NCBI RefSeq assembly: GCF_964355755.1
Contig: NC_092678.1
Coordinates: 18,865,365 to 18,929,364 of the forward strand
Source of the DNA: Antedon mediterranea
Taxonomy: Eukaryota; Animalia; Echinodermata
Direction: 5' to 3'
DNA length: 64,000 bases
Under the pieces are notes generated by a model. That model was given only the letters and a program-made list of their open reading frames with translations, ran no database searches and was not told the DNA's origin. Each line of letters begins with the position of its first letter. Positions within the stretch are counted from its first letter, which is position 1. The position numbers and the translations under genes are program-made. Positions 23,401 to 32,912 of this stretch are shown piece by piece.

Positions 23401-26400
23401 CCGACCGACCGACAAAGTGAGTTATAGAGTCACGTTGCACGCGACGAAAAATGTTTGTATTATTGTATAAATAAGTGTGTGGTTATCTGCATGTACAGCG
23501 TATGTTTTATAGATATGAAGATCATAAAATCAGTTACTTGAATATAAAGATAGAGTAATAGAAAATGATAACAGATACAACAATGCTACTTTGTATTGTT
23601 TTTTGATGAAATACAAGGGAGACGAACTTACAAAATACCCCCCTCTCCCAACTCTTAAAATCAATTTTTACCAAACCTACTTCTATTTCAGTTGAAAATA
23701 AGTATACCTGACGTTTCCGATATTGTTGTCACGAGTCTTAAACCCGGAAGTGTTATTGCAGAGATTGAGTTTTACTTCAACCAAAATCAAAACATTTCTA
23801 CATACAGTTCCATGATAAACGATTCACTAATTTCATTACAAGGATATGATACAGACCCTGGTTCCATTGTTGTGACCAGCATATGTAAGTTAATAATAAG
23901 ACATTTCGTATATATAAATAAATTAATGTAAATATTTATAATTTATATTGTAATTCTTAATGAATATTCTATTATTATGTCAATAATTAATATTTTTATT
24001 TATTACTGTGTTTTGAAATGGTAAACAAACATTAGTTGCAGACTATACAAAATGCAGAAATTTACAGAAGCAATAGTTTCATTTGCATTGTATCTTTCTT
24101 GTTTCCAACCAGCGTCATGTATTGGAGAAGACTTGGTAATTAATGGCACTTTGTACAGTTTTCCAGATGTTCCACTTGGTGTAACTGCAGATTCAATACA
24201 AGATTGCCTGCTATATTCGCATCAGTGTAAATATAAAAAAAAATTAATACATTTTATTTCGTCATTAAGACTTCTACCTTTATAGAACTTTATGTTAGAA
24301 ATACATTTTTGTGTAAACTAAACAATAATATAAAACAATTTTTTGGTGAAACAGAAACAACAAGAATCTAAATTAATTTCAACCTTTTTGTTTTATCTCA
24401 CGGGGAGTTTAACTTCTTATTGCAATTAGAAAATGTGTGTTTATTTTCATATTTGATTATATTTTCACAGATATGACTGTACCACTTGCAACACGATTCT
24501 GTAAAGGAAATTTCATATCAGGAGCTAAATGGGATCCAGTCGTAATCACAGAATGTTACATTGAATATACAAGACTGGATGAGGTATATTGTACAGTATA
24601 GAAAAGGCGTATAGGCAAATCATTACAGAAGATCGATCGGTGTATTTCGCAAAGATTTAATTCATATTATTTTTCAGATTGAAGTTACGGAAAACAATGT
24701 GTATGTAGTAGCGGACGCTCTTGCAGAATTCACAAATGATACGGAAGTTTTAAATGAAAGCTCTGTAGATTCAGTTGCAATCATTTTAGAAGATATTGTC
24801 AATCTTGAGAATCCCAATGAGATCGTAAGTATCTGTCCGAGATAATTGCACTAACTGCAAAGCATTGGGTACACTTTGCAAGTAACTATCGCCTGTGATC
24901 TCAAAATTACAAGCAAGCAGAGAAAAAAAATCCTCTATCATCTAGTCGTGATGAATTTACGGTTTGATATAACAATATTTTTATTTTTCTGCAGATAACT
25001 TCAAATGTTGTCGAAGTTGTTGATAACATAATTCATTCTGGCATGATTGACTCATCGATGAGAGAAACAGCATCGTCGTTTGTGACGTCATTAGAAAGAC
25101 AGCTTGCAACAGTGGCAGCAGCAGGCATGAATTTCTCAAGTGTACAACCACATGTGGGTGTCGTAACTCTAGCAGTCACCCCAGAATCTCTTCAAAACGG
25201 CCTAGCATACGTTGCATTCTCTGACGCCGACTCGCTCAAGGAAGCATTTGAACCAACGGATGTAAATATACATTACGATAATGAGAATATTCCTTTTAAT
25301 GCAGTAGGAGCCTCAATAGCTCTTCCACCTGAAATAATTTTAATTGGCAAGACTCAAACTGGAATAGATGAGATCCGAGTATATTTTACGGTTTACCAGA
25401 ACAGCTTCTTGTTTATTTCGGACAACTTGGTGAACGCATCTGGAAAGGATTTTACCCGTCAAGTTGGCAGTCAGATTATTTCAGCTTCATTAGAGGCAGT
25501 CAAGATTGATGGACTTGTCACACCTATACATTTGGCTTTCTTACCACGAAATGTAAGTAACTAAGCTAATATTTTACATGTATAAAGTGTATCTGCAAGA
25601 GATAAAACTCTTATTTAATATGACATATTAAATAAGACTTTTACTTCTTGCACGTACTTTTTATAGTAGTAATAATAATAAGTATATTATATTGTAAAAT
25701 GTAGTTGAGGTACTACTTTTTACCCTTGCAATAGAAAAAAAAAGACAAAATATACCAGTTTAATAGTATGTAATCTCTGATATCCTTTTGGTTACTATTA
25801 TTGTTGATACTTTTGTTGCTGTTTCTGTTGCTGCTGCTGTTGTTACTGTTGCTGCTGCTTGTGCTGCTGTTGCTGCTGCTGGTGACATTGATGTTGCTGC
25901 TATTGCTTTTGCTGCTGTTGCTGTTGCTGCTGCTGCTGTTGCTGTTGTGGCTGCTGTTGTTTCCTTTTTCGCTGTTTGCCGTTGCTGTTTTTCCCTCTTT
26001 TTTTTGTTGTTGCCTCTCTATGCTCATGCTTTTTTACTCAGCTAGCCTAGTTCAAAGAAATTGTGTATATATTTAATGTGTTTTTTTTAAATTTTTAATT
26101 TTATATATGTATTGCTATTCACTATTTCTTTGTAGGAAATTAGTAATAACAATACAGAATGTGTTTTCTGGGATTTCTCACTTTATGATGGAGTAGGTGA
26201 TTGGTCAAGCGAAGGATGTGAGTTAAATGAAACAACAGACGGTCGTGTCGTATGCTTGTGTGACCATCTTACGAACTTTGCTATACTAGTTGTGAGTATA
26301 CTCTACAGCCCAATAAATTAAAACAAAATCAGATAATTATTGAAATACTGTTGTTACTGTTTTATGAAACACATACTATTATTATTACTAACTAAAAGCA

Positions 26401-27144
26401 TCATTGACGTTTAGTGCGCATGCCCATTTAAGAACTCATATTTATTATTGTACAAAGTTTGTATTATCTTTCTTATTTTTTTCTTTAGAGATTTTTTGAA
26501 CCGATGAATCTAAAAAAAATGATTCTCGATGATTTTCAAATGTTCACAATATCTTTACTATTAAATAATAATTGGCCGTAATAAGATTTTCAGCGTCAAT
26601 CGTGATTTCATCAAGGCGCCATTTTGTGAATTTACCATATCAACCATATTTTTATTTTGAATTTAAATGTATGTAATCTTATTTTTATAGGACTATTATG
26701 AACCGAAAGAGGCTTATAATGCTCTATCTGTTATCAGTTTACTTGGATGCATTGTTTCTATCGTCTGCTTGGCAGCTACAATCGCTACATACTTGTACTT
26801 TAAGTAAGTATACATTCAAAACTGTCATTTGAAAAAAGGTGGCCATAACATTCTTTAAAAAACTATACTTCGTATTCACCCAACAAATATAAGTAAATCC
26901 TCCGACCTCAACTAAAATTAGTCTAGCTCGTTAGTAAGAGTGTCTTAAACGGACATCAGATTAGGGGCAGATATCATGAATAATTCATGAGATTTTTATT
27001 TTATTTTAGTTTTTTGTTTTTCTTTCAGCTATTTTTTTGTGACTGCTTTCTTCATTTGTCAGGGCCACTATTATAAGTTCCGACATGTTATAAAAAGCGC
27101 CGGCCATAGACGAGATGCGCCAAACATATATAATGTAATAACAC

Positions 27145-27180
<36 letters not shown>

Positions 27181-28544
27181 ACAAGTATGACAAAGGTTAA
27201 TATAACATTTTATTGCAGACAACTTCGAAGTAAACGTCCAAAGAAGATCCTCATCAACCTGTCACTATCTCTGCTACTTCTCTACCTTGTATTTGCAATT
27301 GGCATCGATCAGACAGGTTCTAGAAATGGATGCATCACTGTAGCAGCGCTGATTCATTACTTTGGACTGGCTTCTGTTTTCTGGATGTCAATTGAAGCTG
27401 TGAACATGTACATCATGCTTGTCAAAATCCTCCACGGGGAAATTAGATATTTTATGCTGAAAGCCTGTGTAGCAGGCTACGGTGAATATTTTGATTTATT
27501 TTTCTTCTTTTTTCCGTTTTTATTTTCTTTTTTTATTGTTTGTTTTGCTTTTTTGTTTTTTTTTTTCAGTATTTTATTTGTTTCGAGTTTGTGATTAAAT
27601 AGAACCACCAACATTACATACCACATAATACTTAATCAGCCAATCAAATGGCAAGAATTAATTGTGTTACACTAACATATACAATTACGGTTGAAAAACT
27701 ACTGGTAATTCAATGTATGTTTTGAAATTGTGTTTTCAGGATTTCCTCTGATAATTGTTGCGATTTGTCTGATTGTTGATGTTGATCTGTATGCGAACAA
27801 AAATTAGTAAGTAGCCATATCGCTTGGGTTTGATATGCTAGGACCGACATAACTAAATGGGGATTGAGTTTACAAAGCGGGCTGTAACCAAAAAACAAAT
27901 GTTCAAATGTTTCACTGTGTTTTCGGAAGTTATTTTGTCAGACATTTGTGTCAAAACATATTAGGCCTAATGTTACATTTCTTTGTTTGCATTTGTCACA
28001 AAACAAATATTCATAATTAGTTTTTTAACTTCTTAATTAATTTGACTTATTATCATGTATTTATTTCAGCTGTTTTATACCTTCTGGAAGTCTTCGCAAA
28101 TTTGGCTTCATTTTGATTATTGGTGTTCTTATGATGTTCAATTACGTGGTGTTCACTTTAGTTATGCGTACTTTGATTTGCCGACCAAAGATTGGCAACA
28201 AAGTTGAGAAAAGAGACGAAGTGATTAAACACCTACAGAATGCTTTCGCAGTTTCTGTCCTTCTAGGCCTAACATGGGTCTTTGGATTCCTCGCCATCGA
28301 TGCAGATTCGACCTCTCGCGACGTGTTTCAGTGGCTGTTCTCCCTGTTTAACTCGCTGCAGGGGCTCTTTATTTTCCTTTTCTTCTGCGTACGCCAGAAG
28401 GATATTCGCGACGCGTGGAAGTCAATTTTCAAAGAAAGTGACAAAAGCAAGAATGTTAAAAATACAACGGATACCGGTAGCAGCAAGGTTAAGGATGATA
28501 ACGTTGAAATGAGATACAATGGAGAAACTAAACTAACCATTTAG
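947..28544 (+). CDS. Gene 1: adhesion GPCR (ADGRG/GPR126-like 7TM), multi-exon, 5' end outside window
   Basis: Hand-spliced exons: 947-1138, 9666-9890, 10192-10335, 10869-10997, 11574-11728, 12197-12313, 12840-13158, 13409-13604, 13805-13872, 20877-21500, 22366-22617, 23086-23198, 23692-23884, 24113-24226, 24471-24583, 24678-24824, 24995-25552, 26136-26291, 26691-26803, 27219-27481, 27740-27806, 28070-28544. All have AG/GT boundaries and compatible phases, giving one frame to TAG at 28542-28544. Contains a GPS motif and family-B-type 7TM motifs. The link from the Sushi exon across the 8.5-kb intron is the least certain part. Confidence 0.88.
1715..4395. mobile_element. Foldback-like composite of ~345-bp repeats with HINE-like microsatellite head
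   Basis: GTCG/GTCT microsatellite at ~1738-1790. Forward units anchored at 1871, 2214 and 2560; reverse-complement units near 3261, 3604, 3950 and 4282. Boundaries approximate. Confidence 0.7.
3149..3216 (-). mobile_element. L2/CR1-type LINE or SINE 3' tail
   Basis: Minus strand reads TGTACAGCGCTTAG...TAAGCGCTATATAAAT...(ATT)n: a stem-loop followed by a short tandem tail. Confidence 0.6.
5242..6620 (+). mobile_element. Non-autonomous Helitron, copy 1
   Basis: A|TCTATATATAAATTTACG...ACCATCTAG|T. Near-identical to 34626-36049, but the terminal hairpins are deleted. Confidence 0.85.
7060..7400 (-). mobile_element. Degenerate L1/Tx1-type LINE ORF2 fragment
   Basis: DFLWDGKKRKVKR...GGVKAPDF...LKMSWLKRL matches the post-RT motif of Tx1/L1 elements. 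Confidence 0.7.
7771..7870 (+). mobile_element. HINE-like element head with (GGTC)n microsatellite
   Basis: ctcactatgtctgtcggt...ggtcggtcggtcg...aaacactaa resembles the elements near 1730 and 23400. Confidence 0.5.
8395..9513 (-). mobile_element. Non-autonomous Helitron, copy 2 (3' truncated)
   Basis: Reverse-complement 5' end at 9513. Collinear with 49230-50389. Confidence 0.83.
9666..10997 (+). CDS. Gene 1 exons: HYR (9666-9890), EGF-like (10192-10335), LDLa (10869-10997)
   Basis: HYR: CPLDI...TVTDSVG...CTPPSGSFF...CSAIDRAGNTDNCTFKVNVT. EGF-like: NPCTNGG...FYCACPPGFRGLTC. LDLa: [37 protein letters not shown]. Confidence 0.88.
11178..11249 (+). pseudogene. tRNA-like sequence (tRNA pseudogene or SINE head), anticodon TGT
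   Basis: 72 nt with an A box (TGGTCTAGTGG), a B box (GGTTCGAATCC), anticodon stem CTCGC/GCGAG and a T-run after it. Mismatches in the acceptor and T stems, and C at position 33, argue against a functional tRNA. Confidence 0.65.
11574..13158 (+). CDS. Gene 1 exons: unassigned ~197-aa extracellular module X (11574-11728, 12197-12313, 12840-13158)
   Basis: Three open exons with phases 1-0, 0-0 and 0-1. Sequence and exon length are conserved in two further copies in gene 2. Confidence 0.85.
13409..13872 (+). CDS. Gene 1 exons: split Ig-like domain (13409-13604, 13805-13872)
   Basis: APIITS...VTLYCVAYGVPAATVQW, then TCVCRVWNIAGTIISETVVISV after a phase-2 intron. The paralogous exon is at 63596. 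Confidence 0.85.
14027..14233 (+). repeat. 5' LTR
   Basis: Identical by eye to 20250-20456. Confidence 0.96.
14236..14253 (+). promoter_or_regulatory. Primer-binding site, probably tRNA-Tyr
   Basis: TGGTCCCTCGAGCCGGAT, 2 nt after the 5' LTR. Near-complementary to the tRNA-Tyr 3' end as I recall it. Confidence 0.8.
14312..20092 (+). CDS. BEL/Pao Gag-Pol polyprotein (1926 aa)
   Basis: Gag with three Cys/His knuckles; protease VLDECA; RT (YRLVFNCS, GDITAMFHQV, LPFG, YVDN); RNase H (LHVFCDAS, IPRLEL, ENPADDITRG); integrase (GMDCFGP, SDCGTNF, GGLWEREV). Confidence 0.96.
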   Translation: MSNRSTCSSRRSSKLSSRSSNHRASVLADAAAAETEAMAAVEIASKEAELHILKARSKAQALRAQADTLTAVLNEDLHELLTTSPNETSEDHVKKFLADTTMTDINLTESSPEPVTRTVTVPVSESVVATTSSASIINRTEIQNAARPKVCTQQTYAVNSMMNQYTPIQTISPHGVANTKPTFTMVTDVMSTRPWMSSFTSNAQSTIPHMPVPMNDVQNITQHQMHAVTTSNVRNTGLCTDIPVLNSTASSFNPSPGVPAYQPTYQPTTQSINPVFGISRVWDGLPKLNIPKFCDEHDVKQYVTFKSVWDSVMSQAKLQLPEATKFAYLRSHLGGRPLAMADRNLMLGDDAYKETMKQLEKAFGDPSRIVQGLLDQLQVRPTIHQGDWAGLRDFSDELVTVVQTANKLNHGNELNHHRYAADLTKKLPDRLHDEFLFKMWKQEKGMIYTVQNLSTWLEEKTGPAGLILLEKMSHGTGDQKPYATAKQQKKREQPPATKAYITQSSSKAKKRVTCLYCDVDESGHYLETCGNFSKISYADKIKWLETTNRCKKCAKKHDGVCPFPKRCKECKKDHRSSLHKVIAPAPAPAPVEPVPNPTQLCTGMGLTAKLDYHDVLIKVVPLTIYGAKGLVNTYGVLDECAERTMVSERLINELGINGEEESIKVKTVTGDTDWKGKCVDFTLSPREEPDQTFNIKCAFAATKVQLGDYTVSAERLQSKWPHLRGLPLFTAEKVQPTILIGADNIECTLSLETRRGPKTGSPVAVKTLFGWTVQGKQGLQKQGKLLGHPQMMYTSTQPEHKLHQLMERFMAVDVLHHVNPKESVRSKNDKFAIQTLENGTKQVEVQGVQRLQTPLLWKPGYRPPSSTPRCVQSLALSTQRKISRKPELVDFCRSNINKLKTNGSIRVIGPVDTLSPEQQLGWYIPCHVVHSSGKYRLVFNCSFEYDGQNLNDELLAGPTLSPALLDVLLRFRQGRVGVSGDITAMFHQVRLTPEDRRMLRFLWWDDEMDTWLVMEWLVLPFGAACSPCCATFALQRVANDRKDRYPIVKDTIENETYVDNQLASRNTISEAKELVDKTRECLNEAGFQMVKYASSHRDVVEHLPTDVQSGHQLQSLSLSQINGEPEAALGLYWDCHSDELYHPAKSPDNRKLTKRNALRVLASQFEPLGDIAPFTSRAKTIVQELWSTKLDWDEEVKDPDIRQRWEEWCDELEKVPSIRIQRCYTPSNMSSTIVKRTLHVFCDASEKLYGAVAYLRSMDSDGSVHMSFVLAKCRVAPKRLTSIPRLELLGALLGAQLAQTITNALTLDVEHINMWSDSTTVLTWIQSDSCRFKVFVGTRIAEIQTLTSDSVWRYVRTDENPADDITRGLSVTELGKGSRWTDGPSWLLEAEDTWQSHSASVLARTRVSSLNSSVDTNEIKKSLFCGVTLATPVQNIDLEEFSTWPELVQALGEKLNAVDGQDSVVLTAEQVCDAEYQLLQRAQQESFKEEIATLKTQKEIPKSSRLLELSPELDETTNLIRVGGRLRKMDNKTSVEPHPIVLPSSHPVTKLLVQDADNHFSHQAGTEQVFAYLRHRFWILRGRTSVKGILRKCSDCKRWRQKPLIPRMADLPESRLRVNKPPFYSTGMDCFGPIAVKVRRSQEKRWGLVFKCMTTRAVHLELLESLDVDHFLMAYRRFASRRGVPYELRSDCGTNFKGAEKEIETALKAMEPELTSRLAKFKVRFCFNPPSAPHFGGLWEREVRSIKCALKGVLRDRVVPDVVLRTVLTEVEGIMNSKPLGYASSEIADIDPVTPNMLLMGRRDPALPMVVYDESELKGRRNWRHSQVLADQFWRQFIRSYLPTLQRRQKWQKEVENLEVGDVVMIVDPQLSRSQWPVGVVSVLYPSSDNQVRVVDVRVNKKAYRRPVAKLVKLMKCDDQVEESSP
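20250..20456 (+). repeat. 3' LTR
   Basis: Identical by eye to 14027-14233. Preceded by the purine-rich tract AAGAAATTCGGGGGCGGC. Confidence 0.96.
20877..21500 (+). CDS. Gene 1 exon: unassigned ~208-aa module Y
   Basis: 624-nt open phase 1-1 exon (TTAG acceptor, GAG|GTATGT donor) in frame with ORF 21047. Cys residues cluster at both ends. Confidence 0.75.
21517..22176 (+). mobile_element. 5'-truncated CR1/L2-group LINE
   Basis: IIRPVFEYASPVWFP...IESVQRRFTR...SYEQRLRTLKLPT is the post-RT motif. Tail (GAATAT)n. Candidate TSD AAATAATA at 21509-21516 and 22177-22184. Confidence 0.82.
22366..23884 (+). CDS. Gene 1 exons: Ig (22366-22617) and SEA domain (23086-23198, 23692-23884)
   Basis: Ig: VTLDC...YEWYKNG...QGDYTCSG. 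SEA: FRVNVTF...SSGFQNFTDEL and IVVTSLKPGSVIAEIEFYF, which carries the SEA GSV motif. Confidence 0.88.
23333..23452 (-). mobile_element. Short HINE/DINE-like element
   Basis: Minus strand reads TTTTTCGTCGCGTGCAACGTGACTCTATAA followed by a (GTCG)n microsatellite. Confidence 0.55.
24113..26291 (+). CDS. Gene 1 exons: HRM-like, GAIN and GPS
   Basis: HRM-like: ATRFCKGNFISGAKWDP. GAIN exon 24995-25552: ASIALPPEI, VYFTVYQNSFLF, VGSQIISAS. GPS exon 26136-26291: CVFWD...GDWSSEGC...VCLCDHL/TNFAILV. Confidence 0.93.
25790..25995. repeat. (GCT/GTT)n microsatellite
   Basis: Trinucleotide runs in the GAIN-GPS intron. A similar run lies at 43240-43370. Confidence 0.9.
26691..28544 (+). CDS. Gene 1 exons: 7TM domain and cytoplasmic tail
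   Basis: Motifs ALSVISLLGCIVSIVCL, KILINLSLSL, CITVAALIHYF, WMSIEAVNMY, GYGFPLIIV, LLGLTWVFG, FNSLQGLFIFLFFC. Stop at 28544. Confidence 0.95.
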
Positions 28545-30574
28545 ATCAATTAAAAATAATTATATTAATGTGTTATTTACTTTGCTTGGGGTACCCTCCC
28601 ACATGCATATAGGCTGTAATATCTGGGATACATTATCTTGTATTTTAGTTTTCCGTAACATCATTTAAAAAACTTTGTCAATTAAGTTATGCCTGATTGG
28701 GTACGGTAGATAAACTAAAATCAATAATATTAATAGTTACGCAGAAATTAGTTTAACCGACCTGATAACATTTCATCATTTTAGTAGAAAAATAATAGCC
28801 TAGTACTATGTTCCATAATGGATTTGTCAGTTTCTAGAAATCTGAATATAAGCATCAACCTAATCCAAGTGACTACGCATTATCAAATAAAAATCTGTTC
28901 ACATGTATTTCTTTTCATTTTAATCGGAATTACAAGTAGCCTAAATGTTTAGTATTATTAGTTGTATTAGTTTAAATTTGTTTCTGTATTTTTATTCATT
29001 TTAAAACACGAGGGTACTCCAATTATAGAGACTGAATGCATTTTATATATTATAATAATGTAAATACGCGGTATATGTGTACACAGTTTATTCAATACAA
29101 TATATAGAATATAATTATATAGAATTAAAACAATCAGAAAAAAGCCTATATATCACAGAAATAAAGTAGGCCTATATTGTTGATATCGGTCAGTCTTCCA
29201 ATTTGAAAGTGCTTTTAAACTATAATTGAATCTATGTTATATCAACTTTGAGTCATCATATTAAGTGCTTCTAAACTATTATCAAGTCAGTCGATTAGAC
29301 CAATATAGATGGGAGAAGGAGATGGGGGCTGTATCATTGTCAAAGTTTAGTTAGGCCTAATTTATTTATTTTTTAATAATACGTTCACAGAGGAAGGGTA
29401 GTAGATTTTCAAATTATGTTAACTAATATTATGTTTAAGTAACTACATAAAGTGAATATAATATAACTGTTTGGGTGATTTAAAATAACTAACAAAAATA
29501 GCAAATAATCAGTTTGTTTTGTTTGTGATTCGATATGTGAATGTGATATGTCCATATATTGACATGATGATGTCATATCACTACGATATTTGGGTATATA
29601 ACTACCATTGTTTGGGCACATCACACTTTTTTTTTGTCAAACTGGTTTGATACTGATTAAAAATTATCTGGTTTTATTGTACATGAATTAGTAGTTCTTT
29701 TTTTAATTAGTTTAATTCACCCCACACTCAACCCCCCCCCCCCCTCCCCACAACAGATACCCAGACAGCAACCAGCCTTCTTATTTGTTAACCTTTAATT
29801 TACAAATCATTGCACCTAAATCATTAATTGATTTATTTTGCTACTAGAGGTCACAGAAAGGCGCAGAGAGAGCACAAAAAATATGATTTGCATGTAGGCT
29901 TACCAGGGACAGTCGCTGCCCTTATAAGAGGCTTTATCCTGAGAGGTTTTCCTCTCAAACATTAAAGATGTATTGTCCCTTGAAACACAAAGAAATGAAG
30001 GTCAAAATATTCTAAATTTAAATTGGCCATATCAAAGTAATATTAAAGTTATTCACTTTAAGCGGAAAATTTGCTCCAAAAACGACACGTTTACATAATT
30101 AACAGGTAAATTAGTTTGATTATATTTGGTCTGGAAAATCATCAAGAGTGAAAGTAAACAAAGATTTCAAACCACGAGTATGCATTATGCTATGCTAATT
30201 AGGATTGTTTACAACTCGTACTGGTTGAGAAGGTGTTTTCACACAGATCGCCAGGAAGTTTTATGATTATGCATACAGAGTAGCCAAACAAGCGTGCTGC
30301 ATTATGGGATATGTTTTGATTGAAAACCTTGACTGGAAGTCAAAGTTATTTTTTGAACAAAAAAACGTCTGTATTTCAGTTAAATGATTTTTTTTTCGAC
30401 TAATTTTTGGTGAAAATTAATAACTATTATGATAATTCAAAATAACCCACCTTTTTTCGAAATCTTTTATTTTTAATTTTTTTTGGAATTCGTCAAAGGG
30501 ATAATATATCTTTAAACAAAACTACTTCTGCCATAATTGATACAAAGAGTTAAACTACTAAAATGAAACAAAAA

Positions 30575-30640
30575 ATGATCGAGAATTGAACCTACAAAAA
30601 CCACTAGCCTAGCCGCAGTACCACACCACTAAGCCAGCCA
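30575..30640 (-). pseudogene. Degenerate tRNA-derived head
   Basis: Minus strand shows TGGCTTAGTGG (A box) and GGTTCAATTC (B box). No good cloverleaf. Confidence 0.4.
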
Positions 30641-32308
30641 ACCAGTCGGGAAAATTGGTGTTTGTACATGAGGTTATAAAACTGTGCATGCATGAGCGAG
30701 TTTCATTTGACCAATCAATTGTGTTGATTCTGAATCAATCTGCCGGAATCCTAACCACTTTGTATAAAGTTTACGGTACACCACGTATGTAATTATGAAA
30801 TGCATTATTGGCGTTTCATACACGGGATAGGACAATTAATATTGTCACCTTTTGAGCGGCATGTTTAAATCATGGAGATAGCAACAAACTTGTAAGATTC
30901 CGCTTGGAACTCCACTCCAATTAGCCTAAAATATGTCTAGGAGTCAGTTGTTTGGACTTTGTGTGTATTGTGTGTTGTGGCAAGTTTGAAAAAAGTAAGA
31001 TTTAGGTACATTTTGAATACTGTAACAACTGTACATTGAGTCATGATATTTGGATTGTGTCGGCGGCATATCCTTACTAAACTGCACGGTAGGCTTTCAC
31101 AGTACGTAAACGCTACGTATCATGACAGTTATCACGCTAAATTAGATTATTTAGCAAAATTAGGTTCCTATCTCAATTAGTTACTATCTCAACATTAAGT
31201 TACAGTAACTGACAACAATGCACTTAATTATTATGTTATGTATTGTTTAAAAACAGAAAAAAACTAATAGTTATTTTGATTTTGATCGAAGCGGAATAAC
31301 GGAGCCTTACTACACCTTCACAACAGTATTGGGATTAAACTTGTTACAAGGCTCTTTGTTTTGATGAAATGCCAAGTGTGCAAAAATTTTTTTTTTTTAA
31401 ATTATTGTATTCTGATAATGGGTAACTTTCCGTATAAAACCCGTTTATGTGCGCTGCTGAATGACCAGTACCGCAGCGGTCTCTTTGAATGCGGGCGGCG
31501 TATATGTGGCTATTATAATAGCACGAACATAAAAAAAATGAAGTTGTATAAAGTACCAGAAAAGTAAAATTCAAGTTACATTACCAATATTAGTCATCTG
31601 ATAACATTTTTTATCACGCCTTTTTGTTTTCAGAATTTTTTTTACTGTGTAATTTGAACTATCCCCACACTGACAAGAAAGTGCTTATGTTCAACAAGAT
31701 CGTGTAACACAAATGAAAAGAAAGTTGAAATATGGAAATTATAGATTGATAATTATTACAATGCATGATCAATAGAATTGTTTTGTCCGCACGTGATCTA
31801 TTTTTAGTTTATTTGTTAAACGTACAAATTATACACTAGCGGTGCGTACTGTAAAACAACACATTTTAATTATTACAATGAGTGTATAAAAAATGTTAGA
31901 ACTAAATGTAACTACTGTACCGTATGTTTTGGTGTACAAGTCTCAAATGTTAAGACGCACCCGTAAATGGGATTTCTGTGTTACTAATAGGTTTAGGTTC
32001 AAGTGTGGTTAGTTTTACTGACAAAAGTGGACTGTGGAAAGGTGAATGTGCAAATCAGCTCAATTAATTACTTTTCTTATGTTAGTATTGGTGTTTTATT
32101 TAGGAGTGCTGCATAAGGATAGACTTATAAGAGTCTATTTCCGATACGTACAGGTACTAATGATTAGTTTATTTAGTACCATAACACAAACCAGCCTACT
32201 TGTTAACGACACCGTTTGTATTCCGGAAAAATACAAGTAATACTGTACCTTTACTTATAGTTAAGGAAGCACTAACGTGTATTGAGTCTCATATAAAAAC
32301 ACAACTAA

Positions 32309-32912
32309 AACTAGAAAGCCACTCTGAGAGCGCATACCTCCGCCTACTGCAAAATTCTCCTACATAAGATTTCTCCGGGAAATACATTATATAGAATGCT
32401 GTGTGTGATTTAGACTAATTTCACTACAAGCATGTGTATGCGAATTTGGTGTAACGGTTATGTAGCCAGCCTTTCAACTAACAATAGATCCTGTTGACCA
32501 ACAATAGAACATCCACGCCAAAAACAAACGGGTGAATTTGAAAAGAAATAGGGTTTTGAAAACTACTCTTATCACAAAACCTGTAAATTAAATCAATTAA
32601 CAAATCACAAATTATAACTCTTGCCTCTTGTACAAATTTTGGACAAGTAGTTCTCGAGAAAATGCAATTTCAATTTACTTGTTACTTTAAGACTGCTCGC
32701 CGGCTTTTTGAAAAATTCTGTCCTATCTTAACACTAGCAGGTCTGAAAAGTATACTAAAAAGTGGTCCAGAATTGGGACCGTGGTCCCAAAATTTAATGA
32801 AATGGTCCTTGAACACATATATATCTGTATAAGATCTTGTAATTACTTTTTGAGTAATCCTGCTAACAAACAAACATGTTCGATTATATATACCTCCTTG
32901 GCGGAGGTAAAA
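32309..32912 (-). mobile_element. Helentron-associated (HINE-like) element
   Basis: Subterminal inverted repeat TACCTCCGCC (32335) / GGCGGAGGTA (32900), hairpin ACCTCCTTGGCGGAGGT, short (AAAC)n tract and a CTAG end. Confidence 0.75.

Noticed and set aside
25713-26076. Poly-L/A/S ORFs that look like membrane helices
   Set aside because: They come from a (GCT/GTT)n microsatellite within the GAIN-GPS intron.
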